Below, piece after piece: positions 1 through 9,789 of a DNA stretch of 32,000 nt (its first letter is position 1; every line of letters begins with the position of its first letter). The stretch comes from Nonlabens ponticola (GTDB taxonomy: Bacteria > Bacteroidota > Bacteroidia > Flavobacteriales > Flavobacteriaceae), in contig NZ_CP034549.1 in assembly GCF_003966335.1 (NCBI RefSeq), forward strand, positions 1,860,001 to 1,892,000, read 5' to 3'. The notes under the pieces are model-generated. The model saw nothing but the letters and a program-made list of their open reading frames with translations, did no database searches and was not told the origin of the DNA. The translations under genes and the position numbers were made by a program.

Positions 1-387
1 GGCAAAGTGTGACGCATCTGCATCACGCAGCATTTCTTCAAGCTTGCCATCAGGTTGATTATTAAATTTTGTAGCACGTATCAATTGCTGTACTAATTGA
101 ATAGTATCTGGCTCGACATTTTGAGATTCTAGGAAGGATTTTGCGATCTTGGCGCTTTCTTCTTCATGTCCATCAGCGCCTTTGATATAGCCAGTATCGT
201 GCAGATATGCTGCCAGCAATAGAGCCTTTTCCTCTTTAACATCTAATTGAGAGTTGTCAATGATTTCCTGTGTACTTTTAACAACTCTTTTAGTATGTGT
301 GTAATTGTGATAAACGTAGATTTCATCAAGCTCATCCTTAAAAAGATGTAGCACATAATCATCAGTCGCTTTAAATATATCGGCCAT
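1..387 (-). CDS. HD-domain metal-dependent phosphohydrolase, N-terminal part; the 3' end is cut by the left window edge
   Basis: Own reverse-strand translation from the ATG at 387..385 gives MADIFKATDDYVLHLFKDELDEIYVYHNYTHTKRVVKSTQEII...LLLAAYLHDTGYIKGADGHEEESAKIAKSFL..., with the H...HD signature. The frame stays open to position 1. It is missing from the ORF track because there is no stop in the window. Confidence 0.7.
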   Translation of the reverse strand, partial: MADIFKATDDYVLHLFKDELDEIYVYHNYTHTKRVVKSTQEIIDNSQLDVKEEKALLLAAYLHDTGYIKGADGHEEESAKIAKSFLESQNVEPDTIQLVQQLIRATKFNNQPDGKLEEMLRDADASHFA

Positions 388-415
388 AGAAATTTATTGA
401 TCGCATAAACTTACC

Positions 416-3400
416 ATGAATTCTTATTACATGAATAAAAATCCTCTTATTTTTTTGATAGCCGTATTTATCATTTCTAGCTGTGCTAGCTACAAAGCTC
501 AATATAAAGAAGGTGAAGAAAGTTTTAAGCCGTCGATCAATGACGATGATATCGTCAAATCATTTTATCTCATAGGCGATGTAGGCAAATCTCCCATAGG
601 TGGTAAGAGTGATGGACTGCTCGCACTCGAGGCATACATGAAAGGAAAGGATACTAAAAATGACCACCTAATTTTTTTGGGTGACAATATTTACCCTACG
701 GGTATGCCCAAAAAGGATACTGAATTTAGACCCATTGCCGAAAATCATCTAGATGCTCAGATAGCAGTTGCTAAACAATTTGAAGGGAAAACCATTTTCA
801 TTCCAGGTAATCATGATTATTACGACGAGAACCTAGACAATGTAGAGCGAGAAAAAAAATATATAGAAGAAGCTCTAGATAACAAAGACGTCTGGAGTCC
901 CAAAGTAGGCTGTCCCATTGATAGCCGTGAGATTTCAAAAGACATTCAATTGATTATCGTTGATAGTCAATGGTATCTGGCCAAATGGGATGAAATTCCT
1001 ACTATCAATGACAACTGTGATCAAATTAAAACTAGAGAGCAGTTTTTCCTTGAAATAGAAAGTGAACTCAAGAAAAACCAGGGTAAGACTATACTCATCA
1101 CAACGCACCACCCAATATTTACTAATGGTATCCACGGCGGTCAATATGCTGCCATTAAGCACCTTTATCCTACACAAAACAACATACCTATTCCTGTATT
1201 GGGATCACTTACCAGCCTTATACGTACTAGTGGTGGCGTGAGTGCACAAGACAAGCAAAACAAGCGATACCAGAGCTATGCAGATCGTATGACATCGCTT
1301 ATTGTAGCATCAGGTGCACCACGTGTGATGCTAGCCAGCGGTCATGAACATACCTTGCAGTATATTGTAAATGAAGGAGTTAGACAAATAGTATCTGGAT
1401 CTGGAGCAAAGAAAAGCTATGTAGCTCTTAGTGACGATGGGCTATTTGCATACGGTGGAAAGGGCTTTGCAAAAATGGATGTTCTCAAGGATGGCAGTTC
1501 TACCGTTACCTATTACGGTTTTGAGAACGGTACCTACAAAAGCCTTTATAGTAAAAATGCCATTGATGCGCCACCAGTGTTTGATATGAGTAGCTTGCCT
1601 GATAGTATTCCCGCTTTCGCGAAAGCTAACATATACAACGATGATCGCACCGATAAGTCTAAGTTTTATGAAGGTTTCTGGGGTGAGAAGTATCGTGAAC
1701 TGTACAATACTGATATTAATGCACATGTGGCATTGCTTGATACATTAAAAGGAGGCTTGAGTGTGGTTAGACCAGGTGGTGGACACCAGACACGTAGCTT
1801 GAGACTCGTCGATAAAGATGGTAAAGAATATAATTTAAGGGCTCTCAAAAAAAGTGCCGTACAATTTTTACAAACCACGGTATTCAAAGACAAAAACGTT
1901 GCCGATGGTTTTGATGACACCACTGCCGAGGATTTACTTTTTGATTTTTACACAGCAGCACATCCATATGGAGCACTGGTCATTCCCACATTAGCTGATG
2001 CTGTAGGTGTTTACCATACCAATCCTGAAATATATTACGTGCCTAAACAAGATGCATTAGGAAATTACAATACAGAATATGGCGATGAGCTCTATATGCT
2101 GGTTGAGAGACCAGAAGAGAATCACAAGGAATTGGAGAGCTTTGGTAAACCAGATAATATTGAAAGCACGGCCGATGTGATTGAAAAACTGCGTCGTGAT
2201 GAAAAATATAGTATCGATCAGGATGCATATGTCCGCGCTAGGATGTTTGACATGTTAATTGGTGATTGGGACCGTCATCAAGATCAATGGCGCTGGTCGG
2301 AATTTGATAATGAAGATGGAACGACAATTTTTAAACCTATTCCTAGAGATCGCGATCAAGTCTTTTCAAATTTTGATGGTGCGGTGTTCGCGACTTTACG
2401 CACGCTGGTAGGAATTACAAATCAGTTTGCAACGTATGGCGACGATCTGGATAATGTCAAGTGGTTTAATACGGCTGCGACTTATTTGGACCGCAGTCTA
2501 GGTCAAGAAGCAACGAGAGAAACTTGGCTGGCACAAGCTCGTTATATTCAGGATAATCTAAGTGATGAAGAAATTGACATCGCATTTAAAGAACTGCCAC
2601 CAGCCATATATCCGCATAAAAGCACAAAGATCATTATAGAGAGTATGAAAGCTCGCCGCGATAACCTTGTTGATATAGCAAGTAGATACTATGACGTTCT
2701 TGCTCGACTAGCTATCATTACTGGGACAGATAAAGATGATTATGTAATCGTTGATAGGATAGAAGCAGGCAAGACTAAAGTTTCTATATACCGCAATAAA
2801 GATGGCGAGATTGCAGATCTAGTTAGAGAGCGTGTATATGATAAGAAATATACCGATGAAATTTGGGTCTATGCTCTTGACGACGACGATATTATTAAAA
2901 CGACGGGTAACGCTCGCAATCCTATTAAGGTGCGCATAATTGGAGGACAGAACAATGATATTTATAAGTTGGAAACCGGTAAGGCAATTTCGGTATATGA
3001 TCATAAAACTAAGGACAATACTTTTGAGGAACTAGCTGGCGCTCGTTTGAGAAAGTCTGATAATTATGACGTCAATCTATACAATCCTCGTAAGAATATA
3101 CAGTCCAATAATGTGCTTACACCTGCCATAGGCTTTAATCCTGATGATGGAATACGTGTTGGATTGCAAAATGTGTATACAGTAAATGGATTTAATAGAA
3201 ACCCAAACACACGGGTACACAAGCTGACGGCTGGTTACTATTTTGCCACAGACGGTTATCAAATAGCTTATGAAGGTGAGTTTGCAGGAGTTTTTAGAGG
3301 CTTTAATCTGCTAGTTAAGGGTCGTTATACTGGGCCTACATTTGCAGTAAACTTCTTTGGTTTTGGTAATGAGACGCCCAATTTTGATGATGATTTAGGT

Positions 3401-4153
3401 TTTGACTTTAATCGTGTGCGATTGAGTAGGATAGAAGGTGGGTTAGGTGGCGTTTACCGTGGTGAATACGGTTCAATTTTACAAGTAGGCACAACCATTC
3501 AAGGAATCGAAGTTGAGCGAGATGCAGATAGATTTATTGCAGATTTTCCAGCGATGGAAAATGAAGAGGAATTCTTTGAGCGCAGCTGGTTTAGTGATGT
3601 AAATATCACCTATAGATATTCATCATACGATAACCCTATCAACCCGACTCGTGGGATGAAATTTGTTTTTGACAATGGTATAACCGCAGACGTTCAAGAT
3701 TTTGATGATGTGTTTTATTATATCAAGCCGCAGCTGGGTTTTCACAATGCGCTTACTCGGGATCGCAAACTAGTGTTGAAGACACTTGCGCAAGCTCACG
3801 TCATAGTTGGTGACGATTTTGAATTCTACCAGAGTGCTCAACTGGGTCAGAATACTGGTTTACGTGGATATAGAACTCAAAGATTCTCTGGAGAAAGTGC
3901 CTTTGCTACCAGTGCAGATGTACGATATAGCTTTGACCAATTCAAGACAGGTCTTATACCGTTACAAATGGGAGTTTTCCTAGGTGGTGATGTAGGCCGT
4001 GTGTGGTTGGATGGACAACGTAGCAAGCGCTGGAATAACGATTATGGTGGTGGTATATTCATCAACAGTGCCGAGGCTATTGGGGCGACCTTCAATTTAT
4101 TTACGGGTGATGACGGCCTGCGTTTTAGTTTTCAAGTAGGATTCAATTTTTAG
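416..4153 (+). CDS. Large outer-membrane lipoprotein: N-terminal calcineurin-like metallophosphoesterase, conserved central domain, C-terminal Omp85/surface-antigen-like beta-barrel
   Basis: 1245-aa ORF. The lipoprotein signal is LIFLIAVFIISSC, and the alternative start at 431 (MNKNP) is equally possible. Phosphoesterase motifs are present: GDVG, GDNIYP, GNHDYY, TTHHP, GHEH. The C-terminus has alternating aromatic beta-strand character and ends in F (FSFQVGFNF). A paralogue starts at 28742. Confidence 0.88.
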   Translation: MNSYYMNKNPLIFLIAVFIISSCASYKAQYKEGEESFKPSINDDDIVKSFYLIGDVGKSPIGGKSDGLLALEAYMKGKDTKNDHLIFLGDNIYPTGMPKKDTEFRPIAENHLDAQIAVAKQFEGKTIFIPGNHDYYDENLDNVEREKKYIEEALDNKDVWSPKVGCPIDSREISKDIQLIIVDSQWYLAKWDEIPTINDNCDQIKTREQFFLEIESELKKNQGKTILITTHHPIFTNGIHGGQYAAIKHLYPTQNNIPIPVLGSLTSLIRTSGGVSAQDKQNKRYQSYADRMTSLIVASGAPRVMLASGHEHTLQYIVNEGVRQIVSGSGAKKSYVALSDDGLFAYGGKGFAKMDVLKDGSSTVTYYGFENGTYKSLYSKNAIDAPPVFDMSSLPDSIPAFAKANIYNDDRTDKSKFYEGFWGEKYRELYNTDINAHVALLDTLKGGLSVVRPGGGHQTRSLRLVDKDGKEYNLRALKKSAVQFLQTTVFKDKNVADGFDDTTAEDLLFDFYTAAHPYGALVIPTLADAVGVYHTNPEIYYVPKQDALGNYNTEYGDELYMLVERPEENHKELESFGKPDNIESTADVIEKLRRDEKYSIDQDAYVRARMFDMLIGDWDRHQDQWRWSEFDNEDGTTIFKPIPRDRDQVFSNFDGAVFATLRTLVGITNQFATYGDDLDNVKWFNTAATYLDRSLGQEATRETWLAQARYIQDNLSDEEIDIAFKELPPAIYPHKSTKIIIESMKARRDNLVDIASRYYDVLARLAIITGTDKDDYVIVDRIEAGKTKVSIYRNKDGEIADLVRERVYDKKYTDEIWVYALDDDDIIKTTGNARNPIKVRIIGGQNNDIYKLETGKAISVYDHKTKDNTFEELAGARLRKSDNYDVNLYNPRKNIQSNNVLTPAIGFNPDDGIRVGLQNVYTVNGFNRNPNTRVHKLTAGYYFATDGYQIAYEGEFAGVFRGFNLLVKGRYTGPTFAVNFFGFGNETPNFDDDLGFDFNRVRLSRIEGGLGGVYRGEYGSILQVGTTIQGIEVERDADRFIADFPAMENEEEFFERSWFSDVNITYRYSSYDNPINPTRGMKFVFDNGITADVQDFDDVFYYIKPQLGFHNALTRDRKLVLKTLAQAHVIVGDDFEFYQSAQLGQNTGLRGYRTQRFSGESAFATSADVRYSFDQFKTGLIPLQMGVFLGGDVGRVWLDGQRSKRWNNDYGGGIFINSAEAIGATFNLFTGDDGLRFSFQVGFNF

Positions 4154-4172
4154 AAATTAATGTAACTCAGAC

Positions 4173-4358
4173 ATGCAATTCAATGTTAGAGGTAGTATAA
4201 TTCTCATCGCCCTAGGAAGCGTCATCGTGCTTTTAGGTATTATTATGTATTTTTTTGAAATCCTTGGTGCTACTGGAATGATAGGCTTTGGAATCGTGAT
4301 AGAAATCTTTGGAGCTATTTCTTTGTGGCGAGCTTTAAAAAAGAATCGCGCAAAGTAA
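4173..4358 (+). CDS. Possible small two-helix membrane protein (61 aa)
   Basis: The ORF has two hydrophobic stretches (IILIALGSVIVLLGIIMYFF and GMIGFGIVIEIFGAISLW) and a basic tail. It overlaps the 3' end of the convergent gene by 44 nt, which lowers confidence. Confidence 0.4.
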   Translation: MQFNVRGSIILIALGSVIVLLGIIMYFFEILGATGMIGFGIVIEIFGAISLWRALKKNRAK

Positions 4359-5187
4359 ACTGGTACATATTGCCACCGGTACCTTTCTTCAATTCATCAG
4401 CTAGATAAAGAGTACTGTCGTTTATATACGTCAAGCCCTCTTTTTGTGAGCTATGCTTTAGATCATAAACTTTAGGTACAACTAAAGATTTTTTAAGTTG
4501 ATTAAATGGATATGTAAATACATATCTACGTGATAGCAATGCGACTTGCCCAACATCGTTGATATCTGCCGCGGTGACCTTTTGTTTGTTTGGCAGATTT
4601 TCAATGCCTATTTCATATTGCTTTTTTAATTCCTTATCGCCCAATCTAGCTGCAAACACTTTACTGAAGAAATCATAACCTTTTTCTGATTCTTTTGAAA
4701 ATACAAAAACGGAATCATTGCGATAGATTACAGCTTCTGCATTGCGGCTTTTACCGTTTTTATAAGTCATATTATAGGTAGTTCCACTTATAGATTCTGG
4801 CATTATACCATCTTTAGGTAATGGTACTTTGATGAGCTGTATGTCATCTCGTGACTGGCTGTTATCGCCTATATCAGCAATAATGATATCAGTGGCATGA
4901 CCTGATCCATCTTTAATAACGGTCACATCTTCCCAATCTTTATTCTTGACGCCTTGTATAGTTATTGAATGAATCCTTGAATTATCCTGGTATAAGTAAA
5001 GGCTAGCGCTATTACCAGAATCATTGATTGCGGCAAGAAAAGGTTTGTCAAAGCCTTCTAATTTTACTAGTTGTAATCCACTAATCTCATCGAGCGAAGT
5101 TGGTACATTGTCGATCAGCTTTAAGTTACCAGGATCCATGCAGCCTAGTAAACAAGCTAAAAAGAAAAATGCAAACACGTATCTCAT
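4315..5187 (-). CDS. Hypothetical lipoprotein, possibly a beta-propeller (SdiA-regulated/phytase-like flavour)
   Basis: ORF-track entry 4315..5232. I moved the start to the internal ATG at 5187 (MRYVFAFFFLACLLGC lipobox), because the upstream 45 nt are occupied by the dps terminator hairpin. Motifs seen: EISGL, INDSGN, DWEDV, IADIGDN. The family assignment is tentative. Confidence 0.7.
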   Translation of the reverse strand: MRYVFAFFFLACLLGCMDPGNLKLIDNVPTSLDEISGLQLVKLEGFDKPFLAAINDSGNSASLYLYQDNSRIHSITIQGVKNKDWEDVTVIKDGSGHATDIIIADIGDNSQSRDDIQLIKVPLPKDGIMPESISGTTYNMTYKNGKSRNAEAVIYRNDSVFVFSKESEKGYDFFSKVFAARLGDKELKKQYEIGIENLPNKQKVTAADINDVGQVALLSRRYVFTYPFNQLKKSLVVPKVYDLKHSSQKEGLTYINDSTLYLADELKKGTGGNMYQFTLRDSFLKLATKK

Positions 5188-5198
5188 AAATCGGGTAA

Positions 5199-5230
5199 AC
5201 AAAAAAGCCGCAACTTTTGGTTGCGGCTTC
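5199..5230 (-). terminator. Rho-independent terminator of dps
   Basis: The minus strand reads GAAGCCGCAAC-CAAAA-GTTGCGGCTT followed by TTTTTGTTT, beginning about 17 nt downstream of the dps stop. Confidence 0.75.
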
Positions 5231-5246
5231 AATATTAAAATTAATT

Positions 5247-5738
5247 CTAGATCGCCTTATGCGTGTCGCTGGTTTTCATTCTCCAGGCGTCTAGCATCCA
5301 ACTAGTCGTCTCAAGTTCTCTTATGTAAGCACCAATTAAGTCAATAGTACCTTCATCGTCACATTTTCCAGCAACCTCAACTACTTTGCTCATTTGCTTG
5401 AGTAGTGTGCCATGATCCTCCAATAAATTGGTGACCATCGCCGTGTCATCAAGCTCTGACTTACTTTCCTTGATGTTACTCATCTTGATGTAATCACTAT
5501 AATTACTAGTTGGTTGATAACGCAATGTCAATATGCGCTCTGCAATCTCATCGATTTTTAATACAGCATCATCATACATTTCTTCAAATTTAACATGCAG
5601 GTCAAAAAATGATCTACCTACCACGTTCCAGTGATAATTTCTCAATTTTTGGTAATACATGTGGTAATCTGCGAGTAACACATTCAATTCCTTGCTGGTA
5701 TCCTGTGCTTTCTCGGTATTAAAATTCAAATAATTCAT
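5247..5738 (-). CDS. dps: Dps family DNA starvation/stationary-phase protection protein (ferritin-like)
   Basis: 163 aa. The stretch LNVLLADYHMYYQKLRNYHWNVVGRSFFDLHVKFEEMYDD is the typical Dps ferroxidase-site region. Confidence 0.92.
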   Translation of the reverse strand: MNYLNFNTEKAQDTSKELNVLLADYHMYYQKLRNYHWNVVGRSFFDLHVKFEEMYDDAVLKIDEIAERILTLRYQPTSNYSDYIKMSNIKESKSELDDTAMVTNLLEDHGTLLKQMSKVVEVAGKCDDEGTIDLIGAYIRELETTSWMLDAWRMKTSDTHKAI

Positions 5739-5866
5739 TTCTTGTCTTTTTCTTTATTTTTTTTATTAATGCTGTCGGTTCCTAAGTCAAAATCCTTCGG
5801 CTTTGAGCGATCGCCCAATTTTCCTAAGGGTGCCTCTTTATCTTTTCTTTCAAATTTGCGTTCCAT
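5735..5866 (-). CDS. Candidate 43-aa lysine-rich small ORF whose stop overlaps the dps start (ATGA)
   Basis: Own translation: MERKFERKDKEAPLGKLGDRSKPKDFDLGTDSINKKNKEKDKK*. The TGA at 5737..5735 overlaps the dps ATG at 5738..5736. It is below the ORF-track length cutoff, and there is no homology evidence. Confidence 0.25.
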   Translation of the reverse strand: MERKFERKDKEAPLGKLGDRSKPKDFDLGTDSINKKNKEKDKK

Positions 5867-5952
5867 GATACTTGTTTTATTTTAAAGATACCGTGCAATC
5901 ATGCCTGTTTATAGCAAATTCACGTTAAAACCTGTTGTCAAATCCTTAAAGG

Positions 5953-6819
5953 CTAGCGGCTCGCAACGATAAAGAATCGCTCAAAAGTTCCATCTGCCAG
6001 TTGCATCCAGATCAAAGGAGCAAACCCGCGTTGTAGGCTATCTATCGCTATGGGTAAACTTTGGGCGTGTGTGTAACTGCTTTCTAGTTCATGCGGTTGC
6101 ATCTTCCACGCATGCTTTTCTGGTAGGTAGTAGGTGTTTGAAGTTTCAGCTTTCGCGAAAGCTAACTCATCCATATAGTAACCAACAATACACCGTTTGT
6201 TGATGTATTTAGAGTCATCTTGCCAGTTTTGTCTAGGAATAAAAACGTGTGCGAGAAAGCACACCTGCTGCTGGACGGCACCAACATCGATTTGCTGCTC
6301 CTCAAGAAAAGTCGCAGTCTCTGGCTTGTAGAGTAGTGGTAATTGACGGGATTGCAAGTGGTCAAACTTCTTGATGAATGAATCACGCCTGTTAGGTCCT
6401 ATGTATCTAGAAAGATGCAAATTCTGGTCGGCACTTAGGAACTTTGACGTACGTTGATGCCCATCTTCAACGATGTAAAATTTATAGACCAACTCAACAT
6501 GCAGCACCTGCTGTGTCGCCTCTTCTCTGATTATATAATCCAGCTCGCCTATGGTAGTCTTATTCTTGAAGATTTGGGTGTTTGCCGCCAGCAATTCATA
6601 GTTAGCGCTTTGCTCTATGCAGAATTTAAAGAAGTATTCCGCACGTTTTCCTAGCACGGTTCCCATAGGAATTCTAGGAAGTTCTAGCGACTCTTCAGAT
6701 TCCTGTAAGTGCTTGAAATTCAATTGTGATAATTGAAACTGCTGCACGCCAGCAAGTTTTCCAGTCCATAGACTGGCGGTTTGTGCAAAAGCCTTGAACC
6801 TGTCATAGGTGCTATGCAT
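5953..6819 (-). CDS. DUF1853-like protein (PD-(D/E)XK-like motif)
   Basis: 288 aa. GELDYIIREE...VLHVELVYKFY fits a D...E-x-K nuclease-fold motif. The 8-nt overlap with the upstream WbqC-like gene suggests an operon. The family call is from memory of DUF1853 and is unverified. Confidence 0.6.
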   Translation of the reverse strand: MHSTYDRFKAFAQTASLWTGKLAGVQQFQLSQLNFKHLQESEESLELPRIPMGTVLGKRAEYFFKFCIEQSANYELLAANTQIFKNKTTIGELDYIIREEATQQVLHVELVYKFYIVEDGHQRTSKFLSADQNLHLSRYIGPNRRDSFIKKFDHLQSRQLPLLYKPETATFLEEQQIDVGAVQQQVCFLAHVFIPRQNWQDDSKYINKRCIVGYYMDELAFAKAETSNTYYLPEKHAWKMQPHELESSYTHAQSLPIAIDSLQRGFAPLIWMQLADGTFERFFIVASR

Positions 6820-7435
6820 GCCCAGTTGCTTTGAGCGATAGTTTTAATAAATACACACGGCTAGCAGCTCCTAAATTGAAAAGCAAATCTAGTATGCTCA
6901 AATGCTGTACAAACCCATGCTTTTCTTGAAAAACCTGGATGTAAGGTGGTAGTTTTTCCAGGTACTGTTTTTTGGCAGTAATCAAATAAGTTGCTTGACT
7001 ATCAAATTGATAAATTGGGTTTTGAACAATAGGCTGGTCCATATGAAGTTGCTTAGCCACCCAATGCACACAGGCAAGATTCCATTGCTGTAAAGAATTT
7101 ATTTCTTGATCATAAAGCTTGATCAAGTCATCCTGATAATATTCAAAATAAGGACTGCTCTTGTATGCGCTAGCAATACTTTTCAAATGCTGTGATTTCC
7201 ACGGCTGCGATTGATCTATATCAATATCAGCATATGACACAGACTCCTTTTTCCCTTGATGAACTATGGGAATATTAAGCGCCAGTTGACCGTTAGCAGC
7301 AGCGATGTAGCATCGATTGCGATAGGTTTGCTTGACATAGCTATCTCCTAGGTCTAAGGTGATGGTATCGCTGCGTATGAGTTTGCTCCATGTAAGCACA
7401 TCCATAAAATATCCAGGATGTACGATGGTATTCAT
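6812..7435 (-). CDS. WbqC-like family protein
   Basis: 207 aa. The N-terminus HPGYFMDVLTWSKLIRSD...YVKQTYRNRCYIAAANGQLALNIPI resembles the WbqC family signature. Its start overlaps the lepB stop by 1 nt. Confidence 0.75.
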   Translation of the reverse strand: MNTIVHPGYFMDVLTWSKLIRSDTITLDLGDSYVKQTYRNRCYIAAANGQLALNIPIVHQGKKESVSYADIDIDQSQPWKSQHLKSIASAYKSSPYFEYYQDDLIKLYDQEINSLQQWNLACVHWVAKQLHMDQPIVQNPIYQFDSQATYLITAKKQYLEKLPPYIQVFQEKHGFVQHLSILDLLFNLGAASRVYLLKLSLKATGHA

Positions 7436-9036
7436 TACTTCTTTTTTGCCTTACGTCGTTTGTAGATTTTCATCCCTACAAAATATGCGATCAAGACAAC
7501 AAGAAAGTAGACTAGATATGACTGTGGTGTACCGCTACCATTAACGGTCGTGAATAATCTTTCCCATCGTATAGAATCTGGGAACGATCTGTTCTGGTTG
7601 ACGCTCATCCATACAAAAACCGGTTTTCCTACCACGTGAGTTTCTGGCACATAACCCCATACACGGCTGTCCTCACTATTATGGCGGTTGTCACCCATCA
7701 ACCAATAGTAGTTTTGTTTGAAGGTATAGCTGGTGAGTGGTTTACCGTTGAGTAGGACATCGTTTCCTTGTAGATCGACTCTATTAAATGTGTCCATCTC
7801 TGATCCCTCATAAACCTCAATAATCCTACGGAAGTACGCGATATTGCGCGCTGTAATATCTACCGTCATTCCAGCAGCAGGAATAAGGAATGGACTCATA
7901 TTGTCGTATCCGTTCATCTCAAGACCAGTGTATGGGAAATATTTGCCCAGTCTTAATCCACCACGTGTGATATTCTCGTCATAGTCAAATCGGGTCGCTT
8001 GTTTGATGCGTCCGTTTTGTTCTAGCTTAGAAAGTGCCTCTTGAGATGCCGCACTGAAGTATATGGCAGGCTCACCTGTTTGAGGATCTTTTCCTTGCTG
8101 GACCTCATCAGTAATGTCATATTCCTCGATTAATTCATCTCTAGAGAACTGGCCACCGCTCATTTCTGCTACATAGGAATATTGAATCTTGGCCCGATCG
8201 GGTAATTCTAGCGGCTTGCCATTGATGTGAACTTTACCATCAATAATCGATAGTGTATCGCCTGGAATCCCAACGCAACGTTTTACATAGTTGGACTTTT
8301 TATCGATAGGCTTGTAGTGGTATTCTCCATCATTGTAAGGAAACGAATTGATGGTATCAGTAGGATAATTAAAAACCACTATATCATTGCGCTCAACATC
8401 AGTAAAACCTGGTAGTCTTAAATACGGTAGTTGTGGTCGTGCGAGATAACTCTTGACACCCATTACAGGAATAGTATCGTGAACCATAGGTGCTGCCACG
8501 GTTGTCATAGGAAATCTAGGGCCGTAATGAAATTTTGATACAAACAAAAAGTCGCCTGTCATCAAGGTTTTCTCCAATGATGGTGTAGGTATAATAAATG
8601 GCTGCATCACATAGGTATGCACTATGGTTGCGGCAACAACCGCAAACAAGATGCTACTCGTCCATTCACCAGCTGTAGATTCTGGCGTTAGCGATCGATC
8701 TTCTTTATAATTAAGTGGCTGTGTGTAATTTATGTAATAGATGTAAAATCCTAGTGTTACCACACCTAGAATGGTATCTATTAATCTATTGTATCTAAAG
8801 CTGCGCAGGATCTCTACCCAAACCACAATGAACATGATTAAATTCACTACTGGCAGGAACAGTAATATCGTCCACCAGATAGGTCGATTAATAATCTTCA
8901 TGAGAATAACAGCATTGTAGATAGGGGCAAAGGCTTCCCATGCCTGACGACCAGCCGCCTTGTAAATTTTCCACGTTCCTAGACCGTGAACTATTTGGAT
9001 GATTATAAATACTATTAGCCAGGCTGTCCAACTCAT
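7435..9036 (-). CDS. lepB: Signal peptidase I (long Bacteroidota type)
   Basis: 533 aa with N-terminal TM segments. It carries the catalytic Ser box PSLEKTLMTGDFLFVSKFHYG, the Lys box YVKRCVGIPGD, and GDNRHNSEDSRVWGYVP. Confidence 0.92.
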   Translation of the reverse strand: MSWTAWLIVFIIIQIVHGLGTWKIYKAAGRQAWEAFAPIYNAVILMKIINRPIWWTILLFLPVVNLIMFIVVWVEILRSFRYNRLIDTILGVVTLGFYIYYINYTQPLNYKEDRSLTPESTAGEWTSSILFAVVAATIVHTYVMQPFIIPTPSLEKTLMTGDFLFVSKFHYGPRFPMTTVAAPMVHDTIPVMGVKSYLARPQLPYLRLPGFTDVERNDIVVFNYPTDTINSFPYNDGEYHYKPIDKKSNYVKRCVGIPGDTLSIIDGKVHINGKPLELPDRAKIQYSYVAEMSGGQFSRDELIEEYDITDEVQQGKDPQTGEPAIYFSAASQEALSKLEQNGRIKQATRFDYDENITRGGLRLGKYFPYTGLEMNGYDNMSPFLIPAAGMTVDITARNIAYFRRIIEVYEGSEMDTFNRVDLQGNDVLLNGKPLTSYTFKQNYYWLMGDNRHNSEDSRVWGYVPETHVVGKPVFVWMSVNQNRSFPDSIRWERLFTTVNGSGTPQSYLVYFLVVLIAYFVGMKIYKRRKAKKK

Positions 9037-9087
9037 TCTTTTACTTTCTTTTTAATTGTTTCATAAGTGTCATATAACACATCGGCG

Positions 9088-9789
9088 TTACAATCCTAGC
9101 ACATCTTTCATGGTGAATACTCCTTTTTTATCCATGAGCCATTCTGCAGCAATGACGGCTCCTAATGCAAAACCATTGCGACTATGCGCCGTATGTTTAA
9201 TTTGGATTTGATCCACCTCACTATCATAATTGATGATATGTGTTCCCTTGACATCTTCTTCTCTCAAGGCTTCTATAGGTAATATATGATCCTGTGGTTC
9301 ACTACCTAATTCCCATGATTGTACATTGGTATTTGATATGATACCTTCTGCCAGCGTGATGGCAGTACCGCTGGGCGCATCTAGTTTTTGTGTGTGATGT
9401 ATTTCTTGCATGCTCACTTGATACTGATCAAACTTTTGCATCATTCTAGCTAGCTTTTTGTTAAGCTCAAAAAACAAATTCACACCTAGACTAAAATTTG
9501 ACGCATACACAAGACCGCATTTTTTCTCCTGTACATGATAACTTACATTACTCAATTCATCATTCCAACCGGTGGTACCACATACTATAGGTACACCTAG
9601 ATCGATACAGGTATTGATGTTATTGAGAACACTATCCGGTGTAGAGAACTCTATGACGACATGAGCCTTTGATACTTGATTAATATCATCGTTCCTGCCT
9701 ATGCGGGCGACGATTTCATGACCTCGTGATTGGGCGATAGCATCGATAACCTTGCCCATTTTACCATAACCTAGTAAAGCAATTTTCAT
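9088..9789 (-). CDS. dapB: 4-hydroxy-tetrahydrodipicolinate reductase
   Basis: 233 aa. It has the MKIALLGYGKMGK Rossmann N-terminus, EIHHTQKLDAPSGTA (the DapB E-x-HH-x-x-K-x-DAPSGTA motif), and HTAHSRNGFALGA. Confidence 0.93.
   Translation of the reverse strand: MKIALLGYGKMGKVIDAIAQSRGHEIVARIGRNDDINQVSKAHVVIEFSTPDSVLNNINTCIDLGVPIVCGTTGWNDELSNVSYHVQEKKCGLVYASNFSLGVNLFFELNKKLARMMQKFDQYQVSMQEIHHTQKLDAPSGTAITLAEGIISNTNVQSWELGSEPQDHILPIEALREEDVKGTHIINYDSEVDQIQIKHTAHSRNGFALGAVIAAEWLMDKKGVFTMKDVLGL

Noticed and set aside
5188-5232. N-terminal extension MKPQPKVAAFLFTRF of the 305-aa ORF
   Set aside because: This stretch is the dps terminator hairpin plus U-tract. The internal ATG at 5187 gives a proper lipoprotein signal.
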